From Phyllosticta citribraziliensis (taxonomy: Eukaryota): 64,000 nt of DNA. Below the pieces are notes generated by a model that saw only the letters and a program-made list of their open reading frames with translations, was not told where the DNA came from and ran no database searches. Location: contig NW_027117347.1 of NCBI RefSeq assembly GCF_038025025.1, forward strand, positions 992,001 through 1,056,000, read 5' to 3'. Both the position numbers and the translations under genes were made by a program. This document shows positions 1-11,731 of this stretch, one piece after another. Every line of letters starts with the position of its first letter. Position 1 is the stretch's first letter.

Positions 1-126
1 CCAACTCTCGGCTACGCGACCACCATCCGTGCGCCCTTGTATTGTTGTCGACAATCAAGGGAGAAAAACACAATCTCCGACGCTTGATTCCTTACCGGGC
101 ACTCTGTATATCTGGAATCCGCAACC

Positions 127-2025
127 ATGCCGCCCGTTCGTCCCCACCTCTCGGTGACGCTGCCCAAGAACTTCACCTTCCACTACACCGACGGCTGCCT
201 TCCCAAGACACCAGAGCCCGAAGACAAAGACGAGCCTACCGAGCCTCCTCAGATTCCTCGCCAAGCATACCGCGTCCGAAGGCGCAGACGAGCTCTGCCC
301 GCCTACGCCCCCACCAACTTTACCTACGCGTCGAGAGACATTCCGATTCCCACGATAGACGCCCCGGACCCCGAGACGGACGCGACTTTTGCTCGTTTTG
401 AGACGCCGTCCGATCCTGAGGACGGCTTCCTCAAGCCCGCTCCTACCTTGCGCCCCATTTCCCCGCCCAAGACGCCAGTCGGGCAGATCGGGATGAGCCC
501 CAGCGATCTGGGCTCTTTCGATTCTGATCTCGACAACCTCGCTCAGGCCGAGTTCATCAGCAGGCCTTCTTCATCATGCTCTGGCATTTCCGACTCTTCC
601 ATCTCGTCTCGCGACAGCATGGGCTCGTCTGATTCGACTGGTAGCTGCACGAGCCCCGAAAGCGACTCCTCGGATCCCTTTGTTTTTCCAGACTCCAAGA
701 TTGCCAGAGCCTTTCCTTCGTCGCCCCTCGAGGCCTACAATGAGCGTCCGGCGAAACGCATGAAGACGCGCAAAGATGCCGTTTGGACCAAGGCCATGGA
801 TGATCACCTCTGGTTCACCTACATGCGGTGTCTGCAGGATCCCATGGTCACGCCTTTCAAGATGCTGCCAGGAACAGTTCCTCCCCTTGGAATTTGTGCT
901 CGCGTCGCGCGCGAAGCCAAAAAATCATGGAAATCCAGTCCAGCCTCGAGGAGCACCGTGGCATCTCCCGACGCTTCGCGGGACTCTCGGAGCGGCAGTG
1001 ACACCACCCCGACCCTGCTGAGAGTTCCCAAGCCCGGCTCCAAGTGGCCTCGTTCCGAAGCCGCGGCACGTGGCAGATTGAGGAAGCTCTGCAAGCGCCA
1101 GCCAACGCTTGCTGCTCACTACCAGCGCCTTCTTCGGACTCGCACCCCATCTCCGTTTCCTTCTTCTTCCCCTCAGACTGTCTCCAGTGCGGGCCCAGCT
1201 CCGATGAATGCATACACGGATCGCAAGCCGTCCGAGTCGTTGTCCTTCTCCACCCGCGACATGAGCGTCTCCTTGACCACAAGTACCTCGACAATGATGC
1301 AAGTTGGAAATCCTCTGCATGCCCTGGCCACCGAGAGCACACCGCAAGGCAGCGAAACTTTTGCATCTCAGCAAAGCCCTCGCTCCCACACTCATCAAAA
1401 GAGCCAATCCCTCCAGTTTGGATCTGGACTCGGCAGTCCCATGTCTCTTGAATCATCCAAGCCAACGCTTGCGTCGCCTTTTTCAGCAACTTCGTCCAAG
1501 AGCCAATGCGGCAGCTTCTCGCCCGAGGCTTGCAGGCCCGTGTCTCAACCTCTTCCCAGGTTGGATCCCCCGGTGGAACTGCATGCGCCTGTACCAATCA
1601 CTCGGTCTTTCAAGCGGAGAGCTCAGCAGTATTTGGAAGACATGGCCAATGCTGAAAACATCAACAGTGGTGGCCAGAACTTCCTGCAGCAACTTTTTGG
1701 TGCAACTGCTGAAATCAGCCACCGCCGGGTGCGTAGTCGCGGGTTCAGCCTCGGTGACATGGATGGCGGTGCTCGGCAGCTGTCGTCCCTGTTCACGCCA
1801 CCGGCTTCGTTCGACCAAGCGGACGACACCATGATGGGCACGGAGCCGACAGACCAAAGCTTCCTAGCGCCGCCCACCGAGGCCGATCCTGAACGGCGCC
1901 TAGGTTCTCCCTTTGGCGGAAAGTCATCAAACAACTTCAGCACGTTTCCTCGCATGTCTGCCCCGAATCGCGTCTTTGAACAGTCGGCGACGTTTGAGGA
2001 ACGGTTCAGCTTGTTTGGCTCCTAG
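127..2025 (+). CDS. Uncharacterised Ser/Pro-rich protein (632 aa, intronless) with one apparently folded segment
   Basis: Long ORF with coding-like codon usage. Mostly disordered S/P-rich sequence around an ordered block WTKAMDDHLWFTYMRCLQDPMVTPFKMLPGTVPPLGICARVAREAK. No function recognised. Confidence 0.8.
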   Translation: MPPVRPHLSVTLPKNFTFHYTDGCLPKTPEPEDKDEPTEPPQIPRQAYRVRRRRRALPAYAPTNFTYASRDIPIPTIDAPDPETDATFARFETPSDPEDGFLKPAPTLRPISPPKTPVGQIGMSPSDLGSFDSDLDNLAQAEFISRPSSSCSGISDSSISSRDSMGSSDSTGSCTSPESDSSDPFVFPDSKIARAFPSSPLEAYNERPAKRMKTRKDAVWTKAMDDHLWFTYMRCLQDPMVTPFKMLPGTVPPLGICARVAREAKKSWKSSPASRSTVASPDASRDSRSGSDTTPTLLRVPKPGSKWPRSEAAARGRLRKLCKRQPTLAAHYQRLLRTRTPSPFPSSSPQTVSSAGPAPMNAYTDRKPSESLSFSTRDMSVSLTTSTSTMMQVGNPLHALATESTPQGSETFASQQSPRSHTHQKSQSLQFGSGLGSPMSLESSKPTLASPFSATSSKSQCGSFSPEACRPVSQPLPRLDPPVELHAPVPITRSFKRRAQQYLEDMANAENINSGGQNFLQQLFGATAEISHRRVRSRGFSLGDMDGGARQLSSLFTPPASFDQADDTMMGTEPTDQSFLAPPTEADPERRLGSPFGGKSSNNFSTFPRMSAPNRVFEQSATFEERFSLFGS

Positions 2026-4051
2026 GTGTGCTTTTTGCATCGTTGGCGTTGGGCTGTGTGGAGGCCGATTGACTTGAACACGAGCATTCTGCATAGCGAT
2101 CGGAATCGGATCACATACGGCGTATTGGCGATCTCGGCATGTCCTGGAGGTCCATCACTCAGCTGATTGACTTTGCGGCTAGGAGCGCACACAAGCTTCT
2201 CAAGCGCCACTCGGGGAGTTCAGCCTTCAGGGCATGGTCTGGGTACTGCTCGTCTCCTACATTTGCGGGTTTCATGATGACGAAAGCGTTGACGAATTTC
2301 TGCATATTCTCTCTTAATTGTTTTTCTGCCGTCCGGAAAAAGGCTCAACAGAGCACACGTCTCGCGCCTGTGGCTATGAACGTGGCTAGACTCGCCCTGC
2401 TCTTGCAGAAGTTTGCAGGGTCCGCCTCATTGGTGACCCTCATAACTCCACTCGAGTTCTACTATCAAGCTCCAACCACATCTTGTCTTTCACCCTTCTT
2501 GTTTCTGAAATTCCTCTCAGAGTCGGGGTCATCGTGGACATTCACTTTTTCTTCTTTCCCACCACTTTCAACTTCGACTTCAGCTGATTCTCTTCTCCTC
2601 TGGCTGGCCTTCTCTTTTCCACTTCACTTCTTCTTCTTCTCCTTGCCCCTTCATGACGAAGAAATGCTTTCACGATGGACACCCAATTAACGGGCAGGCG
2701 GCCACGGAAATGATGGACACTGGGCGCCGTTGGATGGAATGGATGGGGGGCTTTTTTCCTTTGCATGTTCAGGCAGGCGTTCCTAATCATCCGAGTGCGT
2801 CAACCTAACTCTCCTGTCTCGTCTCCTCCAACACTTTCCACCATGAAATTCCCTTGCTGCCCTAGCCATTTTTGCTTTCGTTGTAACAAGATGTTGACTG
2901 GCTGGCCGCATCTATCTGCTGCTGCCACTGCTGCTACGAGGATTGCACAGGTCGGGACAGGTCGGGATGGTGCTCAGGCTGAATTTACATACAAGACAAT
3001 GACAATGTGGCTGACAACTGCAAAAACTTTTTTCGATCTTCTTCTGTGCTTCTCCTTTGCATCGAGAAGTTTCCACGTTGCCGTCTTTCTGTCTCGTCGA
3101 GCCGGGTCTGTCTGGCCTGTCCTGGTCGCCCGGCTTGGTTCCCTTCCCTGCGCGAGTCACGGATCAAACTTTTCTCTTTTTTCTTTTTTAATTTTTCGTT
3201 GTCAGTTGTTCGCCTCACGACGAGTCGCCCTGCCCTGCCCGGCCCGACCCTCGCGCGCACACACGCCTTGCCCGGGCAGACCACGAATGGCACTGTGACC
3301 AAGGCAGTCAAGTCAGGCGTCATGCAGGCTAGCTGCTCGCTCCGCATCGCACCGTCCCGCAGTAGTGCGTCGTGGGTTGCATGCGAGTAGACCGTACTGT
3401 GCTGTACGCTGTACGCACGCCAGCGGCGCGGGTCACTCATCTCGCACCGCCTTTTCTTGTCTCTCGTCGCAGACTGATCTCGCTGCTGTATGTGTATGTG
3501 TATATTGTGTACGGGTGCTGCTGCTTTCTCATGCTGGCTTGCTGTCACGCGTAGTGCACGTTTGCAATTGATGAGTCACTGTTGCGCTGGTCGGTAGGTA
3601 TCACTTTGTGCTTGTTAATGTGGCGTGGGGTGCGGGCATTGGAGTAGTTGAGGCATGTAGGGGACACTGGGTAGTGTATGTGTGCTTGTGCCAGACCCGG
3701 CCCGCTGCTGTGGTAAGCTATGAAAAAGGGCCGTGTTGGTGCCGCTGCAGCCGCTGCCGGTCATGGAGAAGGTTAGTCGGTGAGTTAAAACTTGTCACTT
3801 AGTTCTGCTCGCTTTTTTGGATGGTGTTTCGGGATGGTTGGGGCGGGATGCGGCTCAGTCGTCTTGTAGATTTTGTGGACGTAGGTGTGGATTGATAGAT
3901 GCGAGAGCTGGATGGACATCATGGTGGGATGTGGAGATGGAGATGGTTGCGGACAGAGAATATGCCCGTTGGATTTGCAGTGAAAGCCATTTCACAGCTG
4001 CTGGAGGGAAGCTGTGCCCATGTGTAGTCTCGTCGTCTTCCCAGATTCTTG

Positions 4052-4070
4052 ACGCGAAAAGAACGCGAGA
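4052..4070 (+). promoter_or_regulatory. Tandem MCB/SCB-like boxes (ACGCGAAA, ACGCGAGA) upstream of BUB1
   Basis: gACGCGAAAagaACGCGAGA about 310-330 bp upstream of the ATG at 4379. Matches the ACGCG/CGCGAAA core bound by fungal MBF/SBF. Confidence 0.45.
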
Positions 4071-4378
4071 AAGATGGATGATTGTCGAGTGGTTGAGTCC
4101 GAGCGGCCATGATTTTCTGGCGGGTTGCCGCACGTGCGTGGCTGCAGTGGGGCTTGGCGTCTGTTTATTGTTTACACCGCAACCAGCCCAATTCTTCCTT
4201 CTCCACACTACGACCGACTAACCAACATCCTAACGAACAGCGCTCACTACCACCTCCGCAGCCGACATCAGAGGATACGTACACCTGCCGGCCTCGAAGA
4301 ATCTTCTTTTGGCTTTCCGCCTCACCGCGCTCATCTCTCTCGTTGTCTTTTTGTCTTCTTGATACCCCATCCGGCGCC

Positions 4379-7300
4379 ATGGCGGCCGACGACCTCATCA
4401 GCTTTGACGACATTGAACCGCACAAGGAAAACATCCAGCGAGTGCAAGGAGGTAGATCGGCACGAGCCCTCGCATCCGTCCTGTCGCCCAAGAACCTCGA
4501 CGGCGCGCTGAAGCCCATCCCATCCGACCAAGAGAGAATCAACAACGTCAAGAGACAAGAGTTTGAGAAGGAGCTCGAGACAATCGACGAATCGGACGAC
4601 CCGCTCGACATTTACGACCGCTACGTGAAATGGACCTTTGACGCATACCCCAACCCAGCGACCGCGCAGTCCCAGCTCCTGCCGCTGCTGGAGAAGGCGA
4701 CCAAGGCGTTCGTCAAGTCGCCGCACTACAAGAACGACCCGCGATACCTCAAGCTGTGGCTCCACTACATCAAGCTCTTTTCGGACGAGCCGAGACAGAC
4801 GTTTGCGCTGCTCGCGCGCCACGAGATTGGCGAGAGCCTCGCCCTTTTCTACGAAGAATTCGCCGCCTACCTTGAGACCCAGGAGCGCTGGAACCAGGCC
4901 GAGGAGGTATACTCTATGGGTGTGGACAAGCAGGCTCGGCCGGCGGAAAGGCTTCTGCGCAAGTATGGCGAGTTCCAGCAGCGCATGGAGGCGCGTCCGC
5001 AGGACAGCAACGGCCCTTCCAGCCCTGCGCTCCCTGTGGTCAGGCCTGCCCTTGGCGAGAAGATTGACCCGTTTTCCTCCGCTACTCCGAGCCCCCAGAG
5101 CCAGCAATCGGGAGGTGCCGCTTCGAAGAGCAAGAAGCCCAAAATGGCTATTTTCACGGATTCCGAGGAGTCGAAACCGTCCATTCTTGGCGGCAAGGCG
5201 CGCCCGGGAGAGGTCGTTCAGAGCATGGCCGATCGGAAGAAGGAGAATACAATGCAGGCACAGGCGATGCAGGGACAAAAGCTGAATGGAGGAAAGAGGA
5301 ATGTTGGGGTGGAGAAGCTCATGATTTTCAAGGACAAGGTGAGTTTGCGCGCGCAGTCTCCTCCCTCTACTTCGCCATATTTACGAACGCCAGGACTAAT
5401 TTCTGGGCGACTTGCTTTTCTGTGTATCCAGTCCGCAATGCCATCCAACACTCTGCGTGAAACCCAAGAGTCTTTGAACCCGAGGAGTGGAAAGGTCGAA
5501 CGGTGTTTTGTGAATCTAGAGGCCGTGTATCCGGACTTTGAAAACTCGAATGGCGAGGAGTTTTGCTTTGAAGAGCTGAGAGCAGCGCATCGCGGGTGGA
5601 TGAAGTACGATTGGGCACAGATCAAGAGGCAAGAGGCCGAAAAGCTGCGGCAAGAGAGGGCAAGGAAAGAAAGCCAGGAGAGGAAAGCATTGAAGCCAAA
5701 GGACCCGCAAGTGCTGCAGCCAAAGGAAGCCCCAGAGCCGGCGGCTGCTCTGGCCAAGAGTCTCAAACAGACTGTGGTGCCGCTCAACGACACGAATGAC
5801 GAGAATGCACCTCCTACGCAGGAGGAGATCCAAAGGGCCAAGATGCTAAAGAAGCAACGTAGGGAAGAGCGCGCCAATCGAACCAGGAAGATTGAAGTCA
5901 TGGAAGTCCGGGGCGAGACAAAGACGGGTATGCATCTGCCGAATCTTGGGGTTCTCGCCGCTAACATTGCACAGTGCAAACCAACCTGTCTTCTCCGACT
6001 AGACCCAAGATTAAGCGGAGGAAGAATGGCGCTGAACCTACCATGACGTTCCACACCAAGGAGGCCATGGACGAAATCTACGACATCTTCAACCAGCCGC
6101 TCAAGAACCAGCAAGACTCGGACGACGATGCAGAGAGCGATGACGAGAGTGACGAGGACGACACGTACATGAGTGGCGGAGAGAGTACGACTACGGGACA
6201 CATGTCGGGAACCACGAGCGAATTCGGAGACGAGACGACTCAGGCCGACTTTACCGAAGTCAAAAGCACCATGGGTGACGAGACGAAGAGCACGATCGGT
6301 GATGAGGTTACGGAGGCGAGGAGCGCCAGCGAGTGGTCCGAATTCACCGAAAGCAAACACATCCCAAATGAAGAAGACGTGACGGGCAGCGAGAGGGGCG
6401 AGGTGACTCAGACCCACCGCTCAGATTATCAAGACGACGAAGATGAAGGATATGGCGGGTCACAGGACAAGGAGGAGCTACTCACGCCGACTTCCCCAGA
6501 GCAGGGGCCCCAAAAATTCGTGCCCGAGCCGCCACAGGATGTCGAAGTGCCTAGGAGGCCGTACCGCGATCTGGTCCAAAAGGCTAATAACCGTCTCCCA
6601 TTCATGACGCCCATTGTGGAAAAGACGGAGTCTTCGCTAGGTGCCGCGACTGTGCTTGCTGAGCAAAAGGACTACTTCAACGCAAAGACCCCGAGTCGAG
6701 GTGTGGGCGAGAGGACGCCGATGATACCCGAGGACGAGGACGAGACCGAAGGGTTGACGGGTACCTTTGACGAGATCCTGTCTGGGGCCATGAAGGAGAA
6801 TGGCAAGGTCACTCAGCCTTCCTTTTCCAAGGCTGACCGCGTTCCCTTGGGTGTTTCCAAGGCCGCTGCCGCGCTGGCCAAGGCAACAGAGGAGAGCGTT
6901 CCCCGGGGGCCCATCATCCAGGAAAAGCAGTGCAATCCAATGGAGGAGCACATTCACAAAGCCATTCTAGAAAACATCCGGCCTTCGCTGGAGAGCTACG
7001 AGGGCTATTTTGCAAACACTGATGCTACCTTTAACCGCCAACCGGACATCAAGAAGTACATCAAGGCCATTTCCAAAAAGGGCGCCGGAGACATGGCACC
7101 GCCAGTCCTTCGCTTCGAAAACGAGAACAGAGAATACACCGTCAAACGCCAGCTCGGCGAAGGCGCTTATGCTCCTGTGTATTTGGCTGAGAGTAGACCT
7201 ATTCACACTACCGCCGAAGATGACGACTCTAGCTCCCGCTCGACTCTCGAGGCCATCAAATCAGAGTCTCCTCCCACCCCCTGGGAGTTTTACATGATTC

Positions 7301-8277
7301 GGCTCTCCCACGCACGACTTTCGCGCCACTGTCCTCGCACAGTCGCCTCGCTCGTTACTGCACCTTCTCTCCACCTCGCCCGGGACGAAGCCTACCTGAC
7401 CCTATCCTACCGCTCCCAAGGGACCCTCCTCGACCTCGTCAACATTGCGCGGGCAGACGGCCCGGCACCCAACAGCGGCGGCAGCACAGGCGCCATGGAC
7501 GAATCACTGGCCATGTTCTTCACCATCGAAGTGCTGCGGACCGTCGAAGCACTCCACACCAACGGCATCCTGCACGGGGACCTGAAGCCAGACAACGTGC
7601 TCGCGCGCCTCGAGCCCGTCTCTGACGCGTCGTGGTCCAGCCAGTACGACCGCGCGGGCGGCGACGGGTGGGCGGCCAAGGGCATCTGCCTCATCGACTT
7701 TGGGCGCGGCGTCGACGTGCGCGCGTTCCGCCGCGACGTGGGCTTCGTGGCCGACTGGAAGGTCGGCGACGCCGACTGCGTCGAGATGCGCGAGGCGCGG
7801 CCGTGGGTCTGGCAGATTGACCTGTGGGGCGCCGCCGGCGTCGTCTACTCGCTGCTGTGGGGCCGCTACATCGAGACGGTGCTGGACCGCTCGTCGCCTG
7901 CCGCGTCGTCGTCGTCACAGCCAAACAGTCTGCTCGATGCTGGCGACTTTGGCATCGGCGGTGGTGGTGTTGCTGGCCCCAAGGACGCGCGCCGCTGGAA
8001 ACCCCGCGATGGCTTCAAGCGCTACTGGCAGACGGAGCTGTGGGCGCGCTGCTTCGACGTCTTGCTCAACCCGTCGTTTCACGCCGACAACGGCAGTGGC
8101 GACAACCGTGGCTCGGATGACGGCGCTTTGCCCAGGGGCTCCGTCATCCCGGCGCTTGCTGCTGTCCGCGAGGGCATGGAGGACTGGCTTGAGGCCAACT
8201 GCGAGAGGGGCGTGGGTCTCAAGGCGCTGTTGAAGCGCTTGGAGGAGAGGGTCGGCGGTGCCAGGAGGAGGAGTTAG
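4379..8277 (+). CDS. BUB1: Spindle-checkpoint kinase, fused Mad3/Bub1 type; exons 4379-5338, 5432-5927, 5975-8277
   Basis: N-terminal KEN box (HKENIQ..GGRSARAL), TPR domain (DDPLDIYDRYVKW, YKNDPRYLKLW), second KEN, GLEBS-like EEFCFEELRA, CD1-like PTMTFHTKEAMDEI, MTPIVE motif, kinase domain (LGEGAYAPVY, HGDLKPDN, IDFG). Introns 5339-5431 (GTGAGT..ACTAAT..CAG) and 5928-5974 (GTATGC..GCTAAC..CAG) join the ORFs in frame. Confidence 0.95.
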
Positions 8278-8956
8278 GTTGCCTGAGCTTCTGCTGGCTT
8301 GAGGCGTTGTGTTGTGTTGAGCCCGTTCCCCTTCTCCTCGTTCCTTCGCTGGCCATCATCCGCAGCTGTGCGTACGGTGTGGATAGGCTGCCGTTTCTTG
8401 CTGCATATTCTTTGGCGTTTTGGTAGGATGGACAGACTTGCCGCTGGCACTGTCCTGTCTTGTCTGTTGTTGGATCTCTGGACCTGCGGACAGAAGGAAG
8501 AATGGGAAGTGCGGGTGTTTCTGGATTGCCTCTTGGCTGTGGATTGCCTTGTCTTTTGCTGTATACCAATCAACGATTCTACATTTACTACCACACCTCG
8601 CTGCTGCTGGTTTGCTGTCTTGTGCCACATATGCTGTGCCATTCTTTCCCACTCTCACTAGGTCTTGTATGAAAGGACTCGCAAACGGAAAGAGGTACAG
8701 ATGCAGAAGCTCACACGCACTCACATACAACTACATACGCATATAACTCTACTAACCCGCCTCTCCTTCCATCCTCACTCTCCAATCTCAACATCAACCT
8801 GCCCGGTGCCTTTGGCGCCGTGGCTCGGACCTCGGTTTTCCTTTTGCCTCACCACGTGTAGTACAGTACAGTACAGTGCAGACGTACAACAGTGCGGCCG
8901 TTCGAGTCTGCTCCTGTGCGTTTGGTTGCGTTAGTTTGTTCTTTTGTGAGGAGATT

Positions 8957-8983
8957 TGTGGTGTGGTGTGGTGTGGTGTGGTG
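8957..8983. repeat. (TGTGG)n microsatellite
   Basis: About 5 tandem TGTGG units in the BUB1/PHB2 convergent spacer. Confidence 0.85.
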
Positions 8984-9071
8984 GTGTGGTAGTGGGTAGG
9001 TTTGTCCAGTAAGTGTGCTGTTTAGATTTGCTGTCGTTGCAGGAGATGATGGGATTAGCTGATGGGTTGGG

Positions 9072-9153
9072 CAAGCCATAGGGAGCATTCGTTCGTTGGA
9101 TAGTGGATAGAACTGAATGGCTAGAGTAGACAAGCCGTGGGGAGCATTCGTTC
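9072..9153. repeat. Imperfect direct repeat, 59-bp period
   Basis: CAAGCCATAGGGAGCATTCGTTC (9072-9094) versus CAAGCCGTGGGGAGCATTCGTTC (9131-9153), 21/23 identical. Confidence 0.8.
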
Positions 9154-9533
9154 TTCAGTTGACGGACAAGACTGCTTGCGGTTTGATTTTTTGCCAAGAT
9201 GGCGGGGGATCTGTTGGTTCGTGTCCGTCAAGAAGAGCAACGGGCTGCTGGATGTGGGAGTCCTGCGTAGGTAGGTGTGAGATGCAAGTGGTTTTACTCG
9301 GAGTGGAATTGAATTTTCCTGATTATGAAATGAAAAAGTGGCAAGCCCCGTGCTCGCTGGACCAACAAACAAACACCGATTCGCTGTGCCTGCTCCTCCC
9401 TGCTTTTGTTCACAAGCATCGTCGTGCGGGTAGACAAAGCCCCTGACATCCACGTATTCCCAGCTCATGACCTCCCTCCAGCCTGGTCACGGCTGTTGAC
9501 ATCACCACTCCTACTAAGCGCTCCAACGGCCGC

Positions 9534-10608
9534 TTATTTGCTCTTTCCGTCGTTCTCGTTTACGTTCAGGCCCAGAACGCCAGAGTCGAGGTACACGCGG
9601 TTGCTGCTCCGCTGCAGGATCTGCGCAATCTGTCTAGCGTTCTCAAACTGCTTGAGGTCGATGTAGCTGCGCGACTTCTTGATGGCGTCACCAATCAGCT
9701 CGGCCGAGCGCGCTTCACCCTGTGCGCGGACAATGGCAGCTTGCTTCTCCTGGCGGGCCTTGTCGACGACGAAGGCGGCGCGCTGTGCTTCCTGTTGCGC
9801 GACTTGCTTGGCTTCGACGGCGGCGGTGAATTCGGGCGAGAAGGCGAGGTGCTGTTTGGTGTGTCAGCGCAATAGCAACTTTACTTTGTGGGGTCGTCTT
9901 ACCGTCAGCGACACGTCGTCCAGCATGATGTTGAAGCGCGCAGCTCTCCGCACCAGGTTGTCCCTCACGAGCTTGCTGACGCTCTCACGCTGGGTGATGA
10001 GCTGGCTGGCGTTGAACTGCGCCACCACGCTCTTGAGGACCTCGTTGACAATCGATGGCAGCACGCGCTCGTCGTAGTCGGTGCCTAGTGTACGGTAGAT
10101 TTGGGGGAGAGCATCGACACGCGGTCTCGACAGGACACGGCACGTAATGTTGACCATCTGCAGGTCCTTGGTTCCGGTGAGGGAGGAGACGTTGCGGGGC
10201 CTCGCGCGGACATCGTAGGTAATGGGCGTCTCGAACCAGGGAATCTTCATGTGAGTACCTGATTGCACATTTAGCTCTAATGTCAAAACTCAAGAGTGAC
10301 GACTCTACCTTCGGCATAGATCTCCTTGCTCACACCACCTATTCTTGTGTACTTGATCGCTCTGTGACCACCGTCGACTGGACAACGTCAGCTCGAGCTC
10401 GTCCAATGGCTCAGGCGAAGAACAAACCGTTGAAGAGAGCGTTGTTGCCAACGTACAGAGCACCACCGACAAAAACGAGCGTTGCCAGTGCTCCAAAGGC
10501 GCCTTTGGGACTACCGCCGCCCGGCATGCCGCCAAAGCCGCCTTTGCGCCTTGCGATGGCAAGCTGCTCCTGCATGCGCCGGAAAGTCTCGCGCGGATCG
10601 TTCGACAT
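9534..10608 (-). CDS. PHB2: Prohibitin-2 (SPFH family); introns 10378-10427, 10259-10308, 9852-9902
   Basis: [99 protein letters not shown], ending [21 protein letters not shown]. Three 50-51 nt GT-AG introns restore the frame. Confidence 0.96.
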
Positions 10609-11731
10609 GTTGATGCGGATTCGAGGTGGGAATGGGAGGGTTGAGGGAGAAGAGGCGTCGCGTTGTGGCAGCGGTCTATCGTGACGTGAAGCTACTTCCG
10701 ACGGCGAGTGGTGCAGATGATGCATTGATGGATTTCGACGGACGTCCGAGGTTCTCCCGTCCCGCCGCCCGTCTGGGTCGCCGCCTGCTCGCACTTCACC
10801 CAAACCTCATTTTTCTTCCATCCACCTCGTCCGCAACTAGTCCATTGTTTTGAAGCCGACGATGCCTTCGTGCGAGACCAGGTGACTGGCTTGGAGCTTG
10901 TGGAAACAGCAAGTAATCCAACAGGCGGTCTGATCACTACATAATCTGATGTCTCTCATGTCCGCGCCGTTCTCTGGGACCTCTCCATCATTTCCAATTA
11001 TGCCTTCGAAGTAACCCGAAGAGCTTAAAGGGACGTAGCGATGGGACCAGCTCACGGAAGGTTGTAGGTATTCTACCAAGCTGTTCTGGGGATTTCAACA
11101 GTCTCCCCAAGTCTTCTGCGCTTTTCTTTCCCAATTTCAAAATTTCTTTTTGACCTATTTGGAGATCTTTTCATTTTAAACCCTACATGAGATCCGCTTA
11201 CGTCGCGTTGATACTGGTGATGATGCCTGTCTATTGCATAAGGATATTGCCTCACGAGATGGACCAGTTCTGTCAATCACTGCGAGGTCAGTTTGCGCCA
11301 TCGAAAAGCTCGACTCAAGGCTGTCCTCCCAGGCTTTGAAGACACCTTGCTGGGCCGAATCCTAGCAGCCAAGTTAAGCAACTCTGCCTGCCGAACAACG
11401 TTGGAGATTTTGGTTGTTCTAAAGAGCGCATCTACTGGCAGCTCCGCACTGCCCTTACTGGATCAATGGTAGAGGTAAGGCGGGAGTTCCTATTCCTATA
11501 TATCTTTGGGTCATGCGCTTCTAGCCTAGAGGCGGGGTTTCTGCTGATGGAAGCAACAATATCTCTGCTCCATTCTGGATCATTTCAACAAGGACCCTTT
11601 CCCTTTAGGTGACTTCTCTGACTTCCTCTCTCCGGTGGCTCGTGCGCTGTTCATGGTGCTTTGCCTCGACGCGCCTTTGAATCGTCTACTTCTCGACACT
11701 CCGGAATCTTCGTGACGAAACCACCACCATC

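Noticed and set aside
3571..3579. ATGAGTCAC (Gcn4/CpcA-like), and TATACGA (Upc2 SRE-like) at 28027
   Set aside because: Single short motifs are expected by chance in 64 kb and have no supporting context.
4109..4378. In-frame 90-aa N-terminal extension of BUB1 from ATG 4109
   Set aside because: UTR-like composition. The family-typical start is MAADDLISFDDIE at 4379, in a good GCCATGG context.
4331..6417. Long antisense ORFs over BUB1 (and similar ones over IMPase, stomatin, AP-1 beta, PhzF and MCM2)
   Set aside because: Shadow ORFs caused by high GC3 codon bias; no protein motifs.
10900..11700. Lower-GC, stop-rich segment as a RIP-degraded transposon
   Set aside because: No terminal repeats, transposase/RT motifs or strong TpA excess visible. 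A repeat-library search would be needed.
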